In this document: positions 63,689 to 64,000 of the stretch, piece after piece
Numbering within the stretch: position 1 is the first letter of the stretch
Layout: each line of letters starts with the position of its first letter
Assembly (NCBI RefSeq): GCF_036588685.1
Contig: NC_086383.1
Coordinates: forward strand, 36,890,001 to 36,954,000
Length of the DNA stretch: 64,000 nucleotides
Source of the DNA: Mytilus trossulus
Lineage: Eukaryota
Direction: 5' to 3'
The notes under the pieces: model-generated
What the model was told of the DNA's origin: nothing
What the model saw: the letters and a program-made list of their open reading frames with translations, nothing else
Databases searched by the model: none
Program-made: the position numbers and the translations under genes

Positions 63689-64000
63689 TGTCTATAATGA
63701 TATGCTGACGGGGATGATTATCAATGCAAATGGATTTGTCATATTTTCTGTTATATAAACAGTTAGATCGTCTAAATATTTTTTATTCCTTTTCATTGCA
63801 GCTGGTTTTGCTTCATCGTGACATTGGTCACCACTGGACAAGACACGCACGTGCTCTCATTGCCGATGTTATCTGACTACGCACATGCCTTGTAAGATTC
63901 TGTCTTATCAATGAAGCCTTCTTCTTTGTTAAACCAACAATGCCTCTAATGTATCAACCTCACTCAAAAACAACCTTAACACATCATCTTGTCTTTGCCT

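Overview
AT-rich eukaryotic (non-bacterial) genomic DNA. The repeat families resemble those of a mytilid bivalve, probably Mytilus-like (recognised from memory, not by database search). The backbone is a co-oriented tandem array of five intronless-CDS class A (rhodopsin-like, CCK-receptor-like) orphan GPCR genes on the + strand (5.9, 11.1, 15.3, 29.1, 52.9 kb). One has a 1-nt frameshift, and a 76-bp relic of a possible sixth copy lies at 9.8 kb. The spacers are densely packed with nested transposons. These are: a decayed Academ DNA transposon; three LINEs; an IS3EU-type insertion that cleanly splits one LINE RT; a 5.7-kb TA-flanked composite element carrying a 5-bp-TSD hAT relic and a satellite; Crypton-like hairpin elements including a tandem dimer with an empty-site control in the window; Meta-/V-type SINEs; Penelope-like relics with a degenerate hammerhead; and several MITEs. 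The most unusual signals are translational recoding features in two LINEs. One has ORF1 and ORF2 in the same frame separated by a single TAG with no AUG before the endonuclease (candidate stop-codon readthrough). The other has a hydrophobic leader plus a 2A-like NPGP motif in front of its endonuclease.
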